NCBI GenBank assembly: GCA_046732075.1
Contig: JBKPMI010000053.1
Span: forward strand, 1-48,852
Reading direction: 5' to 3'
Length of the DNA stretch: 48,852 nt
Source: Acidobacteriota bacterium
GTDB taxonomy: Bacteria; Acidobacteriota; Thermoanaerobaculia; UBA5066; Gp7-AA6
The notes below the pieces were generated by a model. That model searched no databases and had not been told where the DNA came from. It saw only the letters and a list, made by a program, of their open reading frames with translations. Of the stretch, positions 1 through 9,431 are shown one piece after another. Within the stretch, counting starts at the first letter, position 1. Every line of letters starts with the position of its first letter. Both the position numbers and the translations under genes were made by a program.

Positions 1-123
1 CGTCTTCCCGGCCCCGTTGGGTCCGAGAAAACCGACGATCTCGCCCTGCTGAACCGAAAAGGAAACGTCGGAGACCGCGAGCTGGGTCGGAAAGCGCTTG
101 GTGAGATTCTCGACTTCGATCAT
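1..123 (-). CDS. ABC transporter ATP-binding protein, N-terminal fragment (gene runs off the left edge)
   Basis: My reverse-complement translation from the ATG at 123 gives MIEVENLTKRFPTQLAVSDVSFSVQQGEIVGFLGPNGAGKT, ending in a Walker A motif. It has no stop in the window, so it is absent from the ORF track. Confidence 0.75.
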   Translation of the reverse strand, partial: MIEVENLTKRFPTQLAVSDVSFSVQQGEIVGFLGPNGAGKT

Positions 124-222
124 CCGGCTGACGAAAAGCCCGCGCAATCTAGCACGTATTCCCGAGTTCGGAAGCCGGGAGCCGGCAGGCGGGAGTACGC
201 GCTCGCGTAAGATGAATGAAAG

Positions 223-1134
223 ATGATTTCGGTGCGGGAAGTGTCCAAGACCTACGGCCGCTTCGGCCGACGGGTGCAGGCTCTGGACGGGGTCGGGCTC
301 GAGGTCGCCCGAGGCGAGACGCTCGGCCTGATCGGTCCGAACGGCGCCGGCAAGACCACCCTCCTCTCCTGTCTTCTCGGGTTTCTCCGGCCGGACCGGG
401 GGGCGATCACCGTGGACGGGCGCGCGCCGGACGACCTGTCGGTCCGCGCGCGGACCGGGTACCTTCCCGAGCGGCTGGGGTTCGACCGGGAGCTGCCCGG
501 CCGGGCGTTTCTCGCGTTCCACTGGCGGCTCGCGGGGGGCGACCCGGAGAGCGCCCGCACGGAGGCCGAGGCGGCGGCGGACCGGGTGGGGCTGGACCGG
601 GAGGCGCTCTCCCGGCCGCTGCGCGGCTACTCGCGCGGAATGCTCCAGCGCATCGGGCTCGCGCAGGCGCTTCTCCGGGACCCCGCCCTTCTCTTCCTGG
701 ACGAGCCTGCCTCCGGCACCGACCCCCGCGGCGTGTCGCTCGTGCGGGACCGGATCCTGGAGGCGAAGTCACGCGGCGCGACGATCGTGCTCAATTCGCA
801 CCAGCTGCCGGAGGTCGAGAGGGTGTGCGACCGGGTGGCTTTCTTAGACGGCGGCCGCGTCACGAAGACCGAAACTCTCCGGGGAACGTCGGCCACGCGG
901 CGGCGCGGTCTCCTGCGCGTCCCGGCGGAGCGGACGTCGGAAGCCGCCGCCTGCCTCGCCGGAGAGTCGTTGACGCCGCGCGCCGATTCGGACGGCTCGC
1001 TGCGGTTCGTCGTCGCTTCGGACGAGGACATGGCGCGGGCGGTGCGCGCGGTGGCCGTGGCGGGGATCCCGATCTACGAAGCGCGCAGCTCGGCGGAGCT
1101 CGAGGAGCTCTTCGCGACGGAGGCCGCGCGATGA
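223..1134 (+). CDS. ABC transporter ATP-binding protein
   Basis: 303-aa ORF with Walker A GPNGAGKTT, an ABC-signature-like YSRGMLQRIGLAQAL and Walker B LLFLDEP. Its stop overlaps the next start (ATGA). Confidence 0.9.
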   Translation: MISVREVSKTYGRFGRRVQALDGVGLEVARGETLGLIGPNGAGKTTLLSCLLGFLRPDRGAITVDGRAPDDLSVRARTGYLPERLGFDRELPGRAFLAFHWRLAGGDPESARTEAEAAADRVGLDREALSRPLRGYSRGMLQRIGLAQALLRDPALLFLDEPASGTDPRGVSLVRDRILEAKSRGATIVLNSHQLPEVERVCDRVAFLDGGRVTKTETLRGTSATRRRGLLRVPAERTSEAAACLAGESLTPRADSDGSLRFVVASDEDMARAVRAVAVAGIPIYEARSSAELEELFATEAAR

Positions 1135-1829
1135 TCGAGATGGCGCGCCGGTTGATCCGACAGAAGTTCGGCTCCCGCGGTCTCGTCGTCGCGCTGGCGG
1201 TCCTGGCGCTGATGGAGACCTTCGGCGTCGCGCATCGCGGCGTCGGCGACGGATTCACGATCGCGACGTGGGGGATCTTCATCCTCGCCGCGGGTTCGGT
1301 CTCCCGCGACGTCGCGAGCGGGGCGCTCCAGATGATCCTGGCCCGGCCCATCCGCCGCACCCAGTACCTCTTCGGACGGTACTTCGGGATCCTCGCGGCC
1401 TTCGCGATCTTTCTCTTCGTGACGTCGCTTCTCGCCTTCGCCGGAGTGCGCCTCGCCATGCCGAGCCTGGCGGCGGACGTGTCCCCGGGCCGGCTCGCGG
1501 CCCTGGCCGGAACGACGTTCCTGTCGGGCGCGTTCCCCGCCGCGATCCTCCTCTTCTTCTCGACGTTCCTTCCCGGAATCGCGGACCTGCTCGGACTCCT
1601 GATGTTGAACCTCGTCCTGCACCTGCCGGCGTCGGCCGGGTCCGCATTTGCCCGCATCTCCGAGACCACGCGGGAGAACCTGCTGCCCGACGTGGATTGG
1701 AGCGAAGCCCTGGGCGGATCGGGGCCCGCGCTCGCCGCCGCGGGACGGTGGGTCTTCGCCCTGACCGTCTACCTGGCCCTCGCGGCCGTCGTCTTCAGCC
1801 GAAGGGAGCTGCCCTATGGAAACGACTGA
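1131..1829 (+). CDS. ABC-2-type transporter permease / multi-pass membrane protein
   Basis: ATG at 1131 lies in frame within the 216..1829 ORF. The product MIEMARRLIRQKF... has several hydrophobic helices and is translationally coupled to the upstream ATPase. The part of that ORF upstream of 1131 is Arg/Gly-rich shadow sequence. Confidence 0.7.
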   Translation: MIEMARRLIRQKFGSRGLVVALAVLALMETFGVAHRGVGDGFTIATWGIFILAAGSVSRDVASGALQMILARPIRRTQYLFGRYFGILAAFAIFLFVTSLLAFAGVRLAMPSLAADVSPGRLAALAGTTFLSGAFPAAILLFFSTFLPGIADLLGLLMLNLVLHLPASAGSAFARISETTRENLLPDVDWSEALGGSGPALAAAGRWVFALTVYLALAAVVFSRRELPYGND

Positions 1830-2373
1830 GACATCGCCGGTCTCGAGCCCCGAACCGGCTCCCCCGCCCGCGACCCTGCCGCCCCGGTCCCAGTCGAAGA
1901 TCTCCCCGATCCTCCTCTGGCTGCTTCTGGCGGCGGCGCTCTTCCGCGTCGTCACGGCCGTGACGTCGAGGGGGAATGCGGGCTCCGGCACGGGCCTCGT
2001 GCACTGGATGAGCGCGACCGACGCGGCCCAGGCCGCGCGCGCCTCCGGGAAACCGATCCTCTACGACTTCACGGCGGAATGGTGCGGGCCCTGCAAGGCG
2101 CTCGACACCGACGGCTGGGCCGACGGCACCGTCGCGGCGTACGTCAACGAATCTTTCGTTCCGTCGCGCGTCATGGACCGCGTGCGCGAGGAGGGGAAGA
2201 ACCCGCCCTGGATGGACGAGCTCCAGCAGAAATACCGGGTCAACGCGTTCCCGACCCTCGTGGTCGCCGCGCCCGACGGCCGTGAAATCGCGACGACTCA
2301 GGGCTACGCCGGAAAGCAGAGGCTGATGGCGTTTCTGTCGGGAGCGCGCGGCAACCCGTCCGCCGCGCCCTGA
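1816..2373 (+). CDS. membrane-anchored thioredoxin-fold protein (WCGPC active site)
   Basis: 185-aa ORF with an N-terminal hydrophobic anchor (ILLWLLLAAALFRVV), then FTAEWCGPCK and a later FPT cis-Pro-like motif typical of thioredoxin-like proteins. It overlaps the permease by 14 nt. Confidence 0.8.
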   Translation: METTETSPVSSPEPAPPPATLPPRSQSKISPILLWLLLAAALFRVVTAVTSRGNAGSGTGLVHWMSATDAAQAARASGKPILYDFTAEWCGPCKALDTDGWADGTVAAYVNESFVPSRVMDRVREEGKNPPWMDELQQKYRVNAFPTLVVAAPDGREIATTQGYAGKQRLMAFLSGARGNPSAAP

Positions 2374-2380
2374 TCGACAG

Positions 2381-5332
2381 CTAGGAGCGCGGCTTCTCCG
2401 CCGCGCGCGCGCGGTCCTCTCCGGACGGCGGCGGCGGTGCCGTTTCCGCCAGGAACCGTCCGGTCAGGCTCGCGGGGGACCGCCGGATCTCCTCGGGCGG
2501 ACCTTCCGCGACGATCGACCCGCCCTGGTCTCCGCCCCCCGGGCCGAGGTCGATGATCCAGTCGGACGCGGCGAGAAACTCCAGGTGGTGCTCGACCGCC
2601 ACCACCGAGTGGCCGCGGGAGATGAGGCGACGGAACGTCCCGAGGAGACGGTCCACGTCGGCCGCGTGGAGACCGGTCGTGGGCTCGTCGAAGAGGAAGA
2701 GCGTTCCTCGCACGGCCGCCGGGCGGATTTCCAGGAACGACGCGAGCTTCAGGCGCTGAGCCTCACCGCCGGAGAGGGTCGCCGTCGGCTGTCCGAGCGG
2801 GAGATAGCCGAGGCCCGCCTCGGCGAGCGGCGCCAGCCGGCGGACGATCGGCGGAACGTCCGAAAAGAACGCGGTCGCCTCGTCGACCGTCATCGCGAGC
2901 ACGTCGCCGATGTTCTTACCGCGGTGCCGCACGGCGAGGACGCGGCCCTGGAACCGCCGGCCATCGCACGCGTCGCAGCGCACGGTGACGTCCGCCAGGA
3001 ACTGCATGTCGATCGTCTGCCAGCCCGTCCCCTTGCAGACCTCGCAGCGCCCCCCCGCCGAGTTGAAAGAGAAGTCGCGGGCGGTGATCCGGCGGGACAC
3101 CGCACGCGACGTGGCCGCGAAGATTTTCCGGATCTCGTCCCACGCCTTGGTGTAGGTGACCGGGTTGGAGCGCGCCGACCTTCCGAGCGGGCTCTGATCG
3201 ACGAGCAGGATGTCGGAAACGAGCTCGAGCCCCTCGATGCGGTCGTGCGCGCCGACGTCGAGCTGGACCGTCCCCTTGTACCGGCGGGCGTACGAGTTGT
3301 GGAGGATGTCGCGGACGAGCGTCGACTTTCCGGAGCCCGAGACGCCCGAGACCGCCACCAGCCGGCCGAGCGGAAAGCGCACCGTCAGGTTCCTGAGGTT
3401 GTGCTCCCGCGCCCCGACGACCGTCACCGCGCCCTCGGCGCGGCGGAACGCGACGATCCGTCCTCCGGAGCGCGCCGGGCGCGCGGCCGGCGCTCCGGCG
3501 GCGGGAGCGCCGGAGGGACGCGTTCCCCCGAGGCCGCGGCGCCGCAGGAGCTCCCCCGTCGCCGACGACTTCACGCGGGCGAGCGCGCGCGGAGTCCCCT
3601 CGAAAAGAACCTGCCCTCCCTGACTTCCGGCGCCGGGTCCCAGGTCGATCAGGTGGTCGGCCGCCTCGATCGCCTCCGGATCGTGCTCGACGATGACGAC
3701 CGTGTTCCCCCGGTCCGCGAGCCGGCGCAGGATGGCGAGGAGCCGCCGCGTGTCGACGGCGTGGAGCCCGATCGTGGGCTCGTCCAGCACGTAGAGCGTC
3801 CCGGTGAGCGACCCGCCGAGCGCCGACGCCAGCCCGATCCGCTGCGACTCGCCGCCGGAAAGCGTTCTCGCGGCGCGGGAGAGGGTCAGGTACTCGAGGC
3901 CGACGTCGTTCATGTAGCGCACCCGCGAGCGGATCTCGGCGACGACGGAGCCGAGGCGCGCCTCTTCGTCGGCGTCGAGCGCGAGCTCGTCGAACCAGGA
4001 CTTGAGATCCCGCAGCGGCAGGTCCGCGAGCTCCGAGATCGTGCGGTCCCGGAAGCGGACCGAGAGTGCCCCCGGTCCGAGCCGCGCGCCCCGGCAGTCG
4101 GGGCAGAGGCGGTACGCGCGATAGCGCGCGAGCAGGACGCGGACGTGGATCTTGTACCTCTTGGTCTCGAGCCACTCGAAGAAGCCGTGGATGCCGTAGA
4201 ACTCGCCGCGCCCCTTGAGAAGGACTTCGCGCTCGTGCGCCGACAGCCGCTCGACGGGCACGTCCGTCCGCACGGCGTAACGGCGGCAGGCGCGGAAGAG
4301 GTCGTCGTACGCGGACTCGTACGCCGGAGTGTTCCAGGTGGCGACGGGGCGCTCGTCCAGGCGGAGGCTCGGGTCCGGGATGACTTTCTCGAGGTCCACG
4401 CCGATGATCCGCCCGAACCCCTGGCAGGCCGTGCAAGCCCCGAGCGGCGAGTTGAAGGCGAAGAGGGGTGGAGTGGGATCCCGGAAGTCGGCGCCGCACT
4501 TCGGGCAGTGGAGTCCGCGGCGAAACGTCCGCGTCCCGGCGTCCGTTCGGGCGAGCAACGAGCCCGACATCGAGAACGCGGCCTCCGCTGCCGATGCGAT
4601 CTCGGGGCGCGACTCCTCCCGGACGACGAACCGCCCGACCACCACTCGCAGGCTGCCTTCGGGGTCGAGCAGCTCCCGGACGCCCGCGGGGTCGTCCGGG
4701 ATTTCGACCGTCTCCCCCGCCGGGTCGAGCGCCCGGAAGAACCCGGCGCGCTTCAGCTCCGCGATTCGCAGGCCCTCCTCGCGCTCGCGCTGCCGGCGCC
4801 CGCGCCGCTTCGCCGTCCCGGCGTTGCCCTGCCACGGCACGGGGGCCGCGAGGACGACGCGGGACCCCTCCTCGGAGGCCGCGAGCTCTTCGACGGCCCG
4901 GTCGACGCCTCCCGGCACGGCCGCGAGGCCGCACTCCGGGCAGAAGGTCGTGCCGCCGTGCGCGAACAGGAGGCGCAGCGAGTCGTAGATCTCGGTCTGA
5001 GTACCGACCGTCGAGCGGGCGTTGCGGACTCCGTTCTTCTGCTCGAGCGCGATCGCCGGAGGCACCGGCTCGATCGAGTCCACGTCGGGCCGGTCGAGCC
5101 GCTCCAGGAACTGCCGCGCGTAAGTGGAGAGTGACTCCGCGTACCTCCGTTGCCCCTCCGCGTAGAGCGTGTCGAAGGCGAGGGAGGACTTGCCGGATCC
5201 GGAAACTCCGGTGAAAACGGTCAACCGCTCGAGCGGAACGGTGACCGAGATGTTCTTCAGGTTGTGCGTCCGGGCGCCGAGGATCCGGATCGCAGGAGCG
5301 GGCCGGGGAGTCCGTTTCATCGAACCCCGCAA
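2381..5332 (-). CDS. uvrA: excinuclease ABC subunit A (UvrA family)
   Basis: 983-aa ORF with N-terminus ILGARTHNLKNISVTVPLERLTVFTGVSGSGKSSLAFDTLYAEGQRRYAESLSTYARQFL, a second ATPase module GAREHNLRNLTV...VSGSGKSTL, Cys-x2-Cys zinc modules and LSGGE signatures. The start could be 5332 or the ATG at 5320. Confidence 0.9.
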   Translation of the reverse strand: MRGSMKRTPRPAPAIRILGARTHNLKNISVTVPLERLTVFTGVSGSGKSSLAFDTLYAEGQRRYAESLSTYARQFLERLDRPDVDSIEPVPPAIALEQKNGVRNARSTVGTQTEIYDSLRLLFAHGGTTFCPECGLAAVPGGVDRAVEELAASEEGSRVVLAAPVPWQGNAGTAKRRGRRQREREEGLRIAELKRAGFFRALDPAGETVEIPDDPAGVRELLDPEGSLRVVVGRFVVREESRPEIASAAEAAFSMSGSLLARTDAGTRTFRRGLHCPKCGADFRDPTPPLFAFNSPLGACTACQGFGRIIGVDLEKVIPDPSLRLDERPVATWNTPAYESAYDDLFRACRRYAVRTDVPVERLSAHEREVLLKGRGEFYGIHGFFEWLETKRYKIHVRVLLARYRAYRLCPDCRGARLGPGALSVRFRDRTISELADLPLRDLKSWFDELALDADEEARLGSVVAEIRSRVRYMNDVGLEYLTLSRAARTLSGGESQRIGLASALGGSLTGTLYVLDEPTIGLHAVDTRRLLAILRRLADRGNTVVIVEHDPEAIEAADHLIDLGPGAGSQGGQVLFEGTPRALARVKSSATGELLRRRGLGGTRPSGAPAAGAPAARPARSGGRIVAFRRAEGAVTVVGAREHNLRNLTVRFPLGRLVAVSGVSGSGKSTLVRDILHNSYARRYKGTVQLDVGAHDRIEGLELVSDILLVDQSPLGRSARSNPVTYTKAWDEIRKIFAATSRAVSRRITARDFSFNSAGGRCEVCKGTGWQTIDMQFLADVTVRCDACDGRRFQGRVLAVRHRGKNIGDVLAMTVDEATAFFSDVPPIVRRLAPLAEAGLGYLPLGQPTATLSGGEAQRLKLASFLEIRPAAVRGTLFLFDEPTTGLHAADVDRLLGTFRRLISRGHSVVAVEHHLEFLAASDWIIDLGPGGGDQGGSIVAEGPPEEIRRSPASLTGRFLAETAPPPPSGEDRARAAEKPRS

Positions 5333-5340
5333 TCTACCAG

Positions 5341-5370
5341 AACGAAAAGGCCGCGGACTCGTCCGCGGCC
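5341..5370 (-). terminator. rho-independent terminator downstream of paralog 1
   Basis: Hairpin GGCCGCGGA-CTCG-TCCGCGGCC (5349-5370). On the minus strand it is followed by TTTTCGTTCT. Confidence 0.6.
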
Positions 5371-5390
5371 CTTGTGTCGACTCCGGAGAT

Positions 5391-6899
5391 TCAGGGGGTT
5401 TGGAGAACGGGCCGCGGCGCCGGCTCGGGAATCGTCCAGCCCTGCGCCCGCGCGGTCTCGAGGTTGTACGTGCCGTCGGCGTTCAGCGTTCCGTTCTTGA
5501 CGAGCAGAGCCCGCGTCGCCTCGGGCAGCCTTTCCGGACCGCCGCCCCTCTCGATCAGGCCGGGCGTGAAGCTCGTGTTCCGGGTGACCGGCTCGTATCC
5601 CACGATCTCGGCGCGCTCGGCGTAGACGACGTAGTGGAATCGGGTATTCCCCGCGCCCTGGACGACGACGCCGTCGGGCCCTTCCTGCGCGACCCGCAGG
5701 GGCGTCGCGCTGTCGAGAGGGGTCAGCGTCGTCATGTAGGTCCCCTCGCGGGCCGTGAACCGGAAGTGGTCGGGCACCTCGATCCGGGCGGAACCGTTCA
5801 CGAGGGACGCCGTTCCCCGGAAGTAGACGTCCACCGTGGGAGCCTCCACCGAGGCGTACCGGATTTCGAGCCCCGGGTTTTCCGGGTGCGGGCTGACGAA
5901 ATTCTTCGTTCCGGTGATGTCCAGCGAGGCGGCCCGGAGCCTCGTGAAGGAGAAAATGCTGTAGCTGATGCCGGCGTCCTGGAGGGAAACGTAGGTGTTT
6001 CCCGCGGCTGTATTGAAGAAGTAGCCGCCGCTCGAGCCCACCTGGGTGGAAAAGCCGTAGACGCCGGCGGAGTTGGTCCCGCTGCTGTGGGTCTCCCCCA
6101 TGACGCCGTACGTGGGCGTGGCCGTGGCGGCCGTTGCGATTCCCTTGACTCCGATGGCGCCGCCCGTCGAGTCCGACTCACCGTACACGCCGATGTTGGC
6201 CCCGGTCGAGGCGATGGCGTAGCCGGAGACGGCGTACCCTCCCGCCGTGCTGAAGATATTTCCCCGAATGCCGCAGGGACCGACGCAGGTCGTCGAGCCG
6301 TTGGTGGTGGCGAGCGAGTACGCGCTGGAGTTGTTGGAGATCGAGAGGAAGTTCTCCGGCGAATCGAGCGTTGCGGAGAAGTACCCGTTGACGTCCATGA
6401 TGACGTGCGTCGAGTGGCTGACATTGACATTCAACTGTTCGCCCGCGCCGAGCGGCACGATCGCCGCGTTCGAGATGACCGTGGCGCCCGGTCCGTAGGT
6501 CATGATCGCGGTGGGCGGCGCGGGCTGGCCGGTCGGCCAGGCGAGCAGAAAAGCCCCGAGCGGAGTTCCGGCCGGGCTCACGACGCTGAAGTTCACCGAG
6601 ATCGCGTCGGCGCCCCCGGGAATTCCGCAGATCCCGGTGACGTCCCAGGTGCGCTGCTGGCTGTTCGCGAAAATGCCGCCCTGGATGGGAGCGCCGTTGC
6701 CGCGGGTGTCGGCGACGCGGCAGGGCTGGATCCCGACGAACACGCGGGGAGAGGTGACGTCGGACATCGTCGTGATTCCGCCCCGAGACGACTGCGTGTA
6801 CGCCGGGACGGTCCAGTTGTGGAGAGGAACGTCGGCGGACTGGGCGCCGGCGATCGAAGCGGTGACGAGCGTGGCCGCCATGACAACGAGGGTTCGCAT
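5391..6899 (-). CDS. secreted tripartite paralog 1 (N-terminal CRxDTR module, G[VI]xG-repeat core, type-A C-terminal module)
   Basis: Lies in the 5391..6947 ORF. The preferred start is the ATG at 6899 (MRTLVVMAATLVTASIAGAQS), preceded by AGGAGGA. The N-module reads NWTVPAYTQSS...QPCRVADTRGNGAPIQGGIF...GICGIP...SVNFSVV...LLAWPTG...IMDVNGYFS. The C-module reads KNFVSPHPENPGLEIRYASVEAPTVDVYFRGTA... Confidence 0.85.
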   Translation of the reverse strand: MRTLVVMAATLVTASIAGAQSADVPLHNWTVPAYTQSSRGGITTMSDVTSPRVFVGIQPCRVADTRGNGAPIQGGIFANSQQRTWDVTGICGIPGGADAISVNFSVVSPAGTPLGAFLLAWPTGQPAPPTAIMTYGPGATVISNAAIVPLGAGEQLNVNVSHSTHVIMDVNGYFSATLDSPENFLSISNNSSAYSLATTNGSTTCVGPCGIRGNIFSTAGGYAVSGYAIASTGANIGVYGESDSTGGAIGVKGIATAATATPTYGVMGETHSSGTNSAGVYGFSTQVGSSGGYFFNTAAGNTYVSLQDAGISYSIFSFTRLRAASLDITGTKNFVSPHPENPGLEIRYASVEAPTVDVYFRGTASLVNGSARIEVPDHFRFTAREGTYMTTLTPLDSATPLRVAQEGPDGVVVQGAGNTRFHYVVYAERAEIVGYEPVTRNTSFTPGLIERGGGPERLPEATRALLVKNGTLNADGTYNLETARAQGWTIPEPAPRPVLQTP

Positions 6900-7005
6900 G
6901 AAGTCCTCCTGGCTGAAAGAAATTCGGCGTGGACTGCTGCGGATCATACCGATGGTCTCGGGCGTGAAGACGCGGTCCGGAGATGCGAGGCCCGAGGGGA
7001 AGGAC

Positions 7006-9399
7006 TCAGCCCGGGTGGCGCCCGTCCTCGTCCGGCTCTCCCTGCGGGAACTCCTCGGACGGCACGCCGAGCTCCGGCTCCGGATTCCAGAATCCGCCCT
7101 CGTGCTGCCGGCACGGCTCCGTCGGGGCGGTGCCCGCGATGAAGACCTCGGTCATCCTCCGGGGGCAGTAGGGAGTCACGAGGAAACCGGTGTCCGGATC
7201 GATGTCGGCGGTGACGACGTCCGACGGGACCGGAAAGCCCTCGGCGAACAGCTGCGGCGGCAGCGACCGGGAGAAGTCGGCGAAGATCGGCACCGCCGCC
7301 TGCGCGCCGGAGAGGTTCAGCCCGCGGTTGTCGTCGTAACCGACCCAGATCGTGGCCAGGAACCGGGGGGAGAAGCCGACGAACCAGGCGTCGCGCCCGT
7401 CGTTCGTCGTCCCGGTCTTTCCGGCCAGGATGCCGCGGAGGCCTCCGGCGCGCGCGCCGCCGGCCGTCCCGCGGTCGACCGCGCCACGGAGGATCGAATC
7501 CACCAGGAAGACCGCGTCGGCCGGAAGCGACTGCTTGAGCGGCCGCTCCTTGCGATCCAGGATCCGGCCGTCGGAGGTCAGCACCCCGACGATCGCGTTC
7601 GGCTCGATCCGCACGCCGCCGTTTGCGAGCACTGCGTAGGCCGCCGCGATCTCCATGGGAGAGATCTCGAAGGCTCCCAGCGCGACGGACGGGTACGGCT
7701 CCATCCGGGAGCTGATCCCGGCGGCCCGCGACGCGGCCAGCACGGTGCCCAGGTCCGCGGCGAGAGCCGCGCGTACCGTCGGGATGTTGATCGAGAGCTC
7801 GACCGCCCGGCGCACCGACATCAGCCCGCGGTAGCCGCCGTCGTAGTTCCGCGGAGTCCATCGCTCGGAGGCGCGGCGCCTCCCCCACTCGACCGTGATC
7901 GGCGAGTCGGAGAGGATCGTCGCCGGGGTGATCGGCGGCACGAGGTCGCGCCGCGCGAACGCCGCGAGCATCACGAACGGCTTGAAAAGGGAGCCGGGCT
8001 GGCGGTGCGCCTGCGTGACCCGGTTGAACTGCGACAGCCGGTAGTCGCGGCCGCCGACCAGTACCTTGACCGCCCCCGTCTGGGGCTCGAGCTGGATGAG
8101 CGCGCCCTGGAGCGCAGCGCTGCGGGCCGCGACCGCCAGACGTCGGTAGCGCTTCTCGAGACCGGCGAGCCCTTCGGTCACTGCGCGCTGGCCCGCCTGC
8201 TGGAGGTCGACGTCGAGCGTCGTGAAGATCTGGAGCCCTTCGGTCTTCAGCTTCGCGCCGTAAGCCTCGGTGAGCTGCGCCTTCACGAAGTCCACGAAAT
8301 GCGGCGCCGGAATCTTCTGGACCCGGCGGCTCCGGGGCACCAGCGGCAACGCGGCCGCCGCGTCCATGTCGACCTGGGAAATCCGGCGCTGGTCGAGCAT
8401 CTGCGCGAGGACGAGGTTGCGGCGATCCCGCGTCCGCTCGGGGCTGCGGAAGGGGGAGTACGTATTGGGCGCCTTGATCATGCCGGCGATCGTGGCGGAC
8501 TCGGCGAGGTTCAGGTCCGAGACCTGCTTGCCGAAGTAGAACCGGGCCGCCTCCCCCACCCCCTTGATCGCGATCGATCCGCGCTGGCCCAGATAGATCT
8601 CGTTCAGGTAGGCCTCGAGGATCTCGGGCTTCGAGTAACGCGCGTCGAGCATGACGGCGATCACCGCCTCGGCCGCCTTGCGGCGCACGGTCCGTTCCGG
8701 CGTCAGGTACAGGTTCTTGACCAGCTGCTGCGTCAGCGTCGAACCGCCCTGCACCGCGCCTCCGCGAAGGGTCGCGAGGATCGCGCCGAAGGTCCGCTTG
8801 ACCGAGACGCCGGAGTGCCGGTAGAAGTCGCGGTCCTCGGTCACGAGGATCGCGTCCACCAGCGATCGGGGGGCTTCCGCCAGCCGGACGGGCGTGCGGT
8901 CCTCGAACTCCTCGCCGAAGACGGAGCCGAGCCGCTCCGGCTCCACGACGAGCGCGGGGAGCGTGTTGCCGCGCTCGTCCGTCACGGACCGCACGACGTC
9001 GCCGGAGAACTCGATGCGCGCCCGAAGGCCATGAAACTCGCGCCCCGGGTAGAAGAAGTCCCGGGTGAAGACTTGGATCGCGTTTCCGTCGCGCCGGTAG
9101 TGGCCCGGAGTCTCCGGAGCGGCGGGCACGGCCTGGTAGAAGAGCCGTTCGAGCTTCGCGACCAGCCGGTCGGCAGACCCCGATCCGCCGGGCTCGAGAA
9201 CCGTCAGGTCGGAATAGATCCGGGACGGCAGGTTCCAGCGGCGGTTGTCGAATCGCGAAGAGACCGCGGACCCCAGGAAGCCGGCGATCGCGATGGAGAG
9301 GAGCACGACCCCCGCCGCGCCCAGGAGCACTTCGCTCTTGTGCCGCATCACCCAGATGGGGAGCGAAACGTGACGCGGTCGCGGAGCGTCGGAGCTCAA
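7006..9399 (-). CDS. PBP1A-family bifunctional penicillin-binding protein (glycosyltransferase + transpeptidase)
   Basis: 797-aa ORF with an N-terminal TM anchor, GT51 motifs (ILVTEDRDFYRHSGV, GGSTLTQQLVKN, RKAAEA) and transpeptidase motifs (PGSLFKPF = SxxK, KTGTT). The start may instead be the internal ATG at 9348. Confidence 0.9.
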   Translation of the reverse strand: MSSDAPRPRHVSLPIWVMRHKSEVLLGAAGVVLLSIAIAGFLGSAVSSRFDNRRWNLPSRIYSDLTVLEPGGSGSADRLVAKLERLFYQAVPAAPETPGHYRRDGNAIQVFTRDFFYPGREFHGLRARIEFSGDVVRSVTDERGNTLPALVVEPERLGSVFGEEFEDRTPVRLAEAPRSLVDAILVTEDRDFYRHSGVSVKRTFGAILATLRGGAVQGGSTLTQQLVKNLYLTPERTVRRKAAEAVIAVMLDARYSKPEILEAYLNEIYLGQRGSIAIKGVGEAARFYFGKQVSDLNLAESATIAGMIKAPNTYSPFRSPERTRDRRNLVLAQMLDQRRISQVDMDAAAALPLVPRSRRVQKIPAPHFVDFVKAQLTEAYGAKLKTEGLQIFTTLDVDLQQAGQRAVTEGLAGLEKRYRRLAVAARSAALQGALIQLEPQTGAVKVLVGGRDYRLSQFNRVTQAHRQPGSLFKPFVMLAAFARRDLVPPITPATILSDSPITVEWGRRRASERWTPRNYDGGYRGLMSVRRAVELSINIPTVRAALAADLGTVLAASRAAGISSRMEPYPSVALGAFEISPMEIAAAYAVLANGGVRIEPNAIVGVLTSDGRILDRKERPLKQSLPADAVFLVDSILRGAVDRGTAGGARAGGLRGILAGKTGTTNDGRDAWFVGFSPRFLATIWVGYDDNRGLNLSGAQAAVPIFADFSRSLPPQLFAEGFPVPSDVVTADIDPDTGFLVTPYCPRRMTEVFIAGTAPTEPCRQHEGGFWNPEPELGVPSEEFPQGEPDEDGRHPG

Positions 9400-9431
9400 G
9401 TCAAAAGCATACCGTCATAACATCGGTCGCC

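Noticed and set aside
2585-5134. Very long alternative-frame and antisense ORFs rich in Arg/Gly/Pro/Ala. Examples are 2585..5134, 2916..4934, 5169..7142, 6502..9420, the first ~300 codons of 216..1829, most of 9539..11344, and 41908..44298, 44004..45503, 45644..47314 and 47466..48833.
   Set aside because: These are typical shadow ORFs of a genome where stop codons are rare in all frames. Their composition is low-complexity Arg/Pro/Gly. Each fully overlaps a frame with clear family motifs (UvrA, PBP1A, fibre paralogs, metalloprotease, FG-GAP, ArnT-like).
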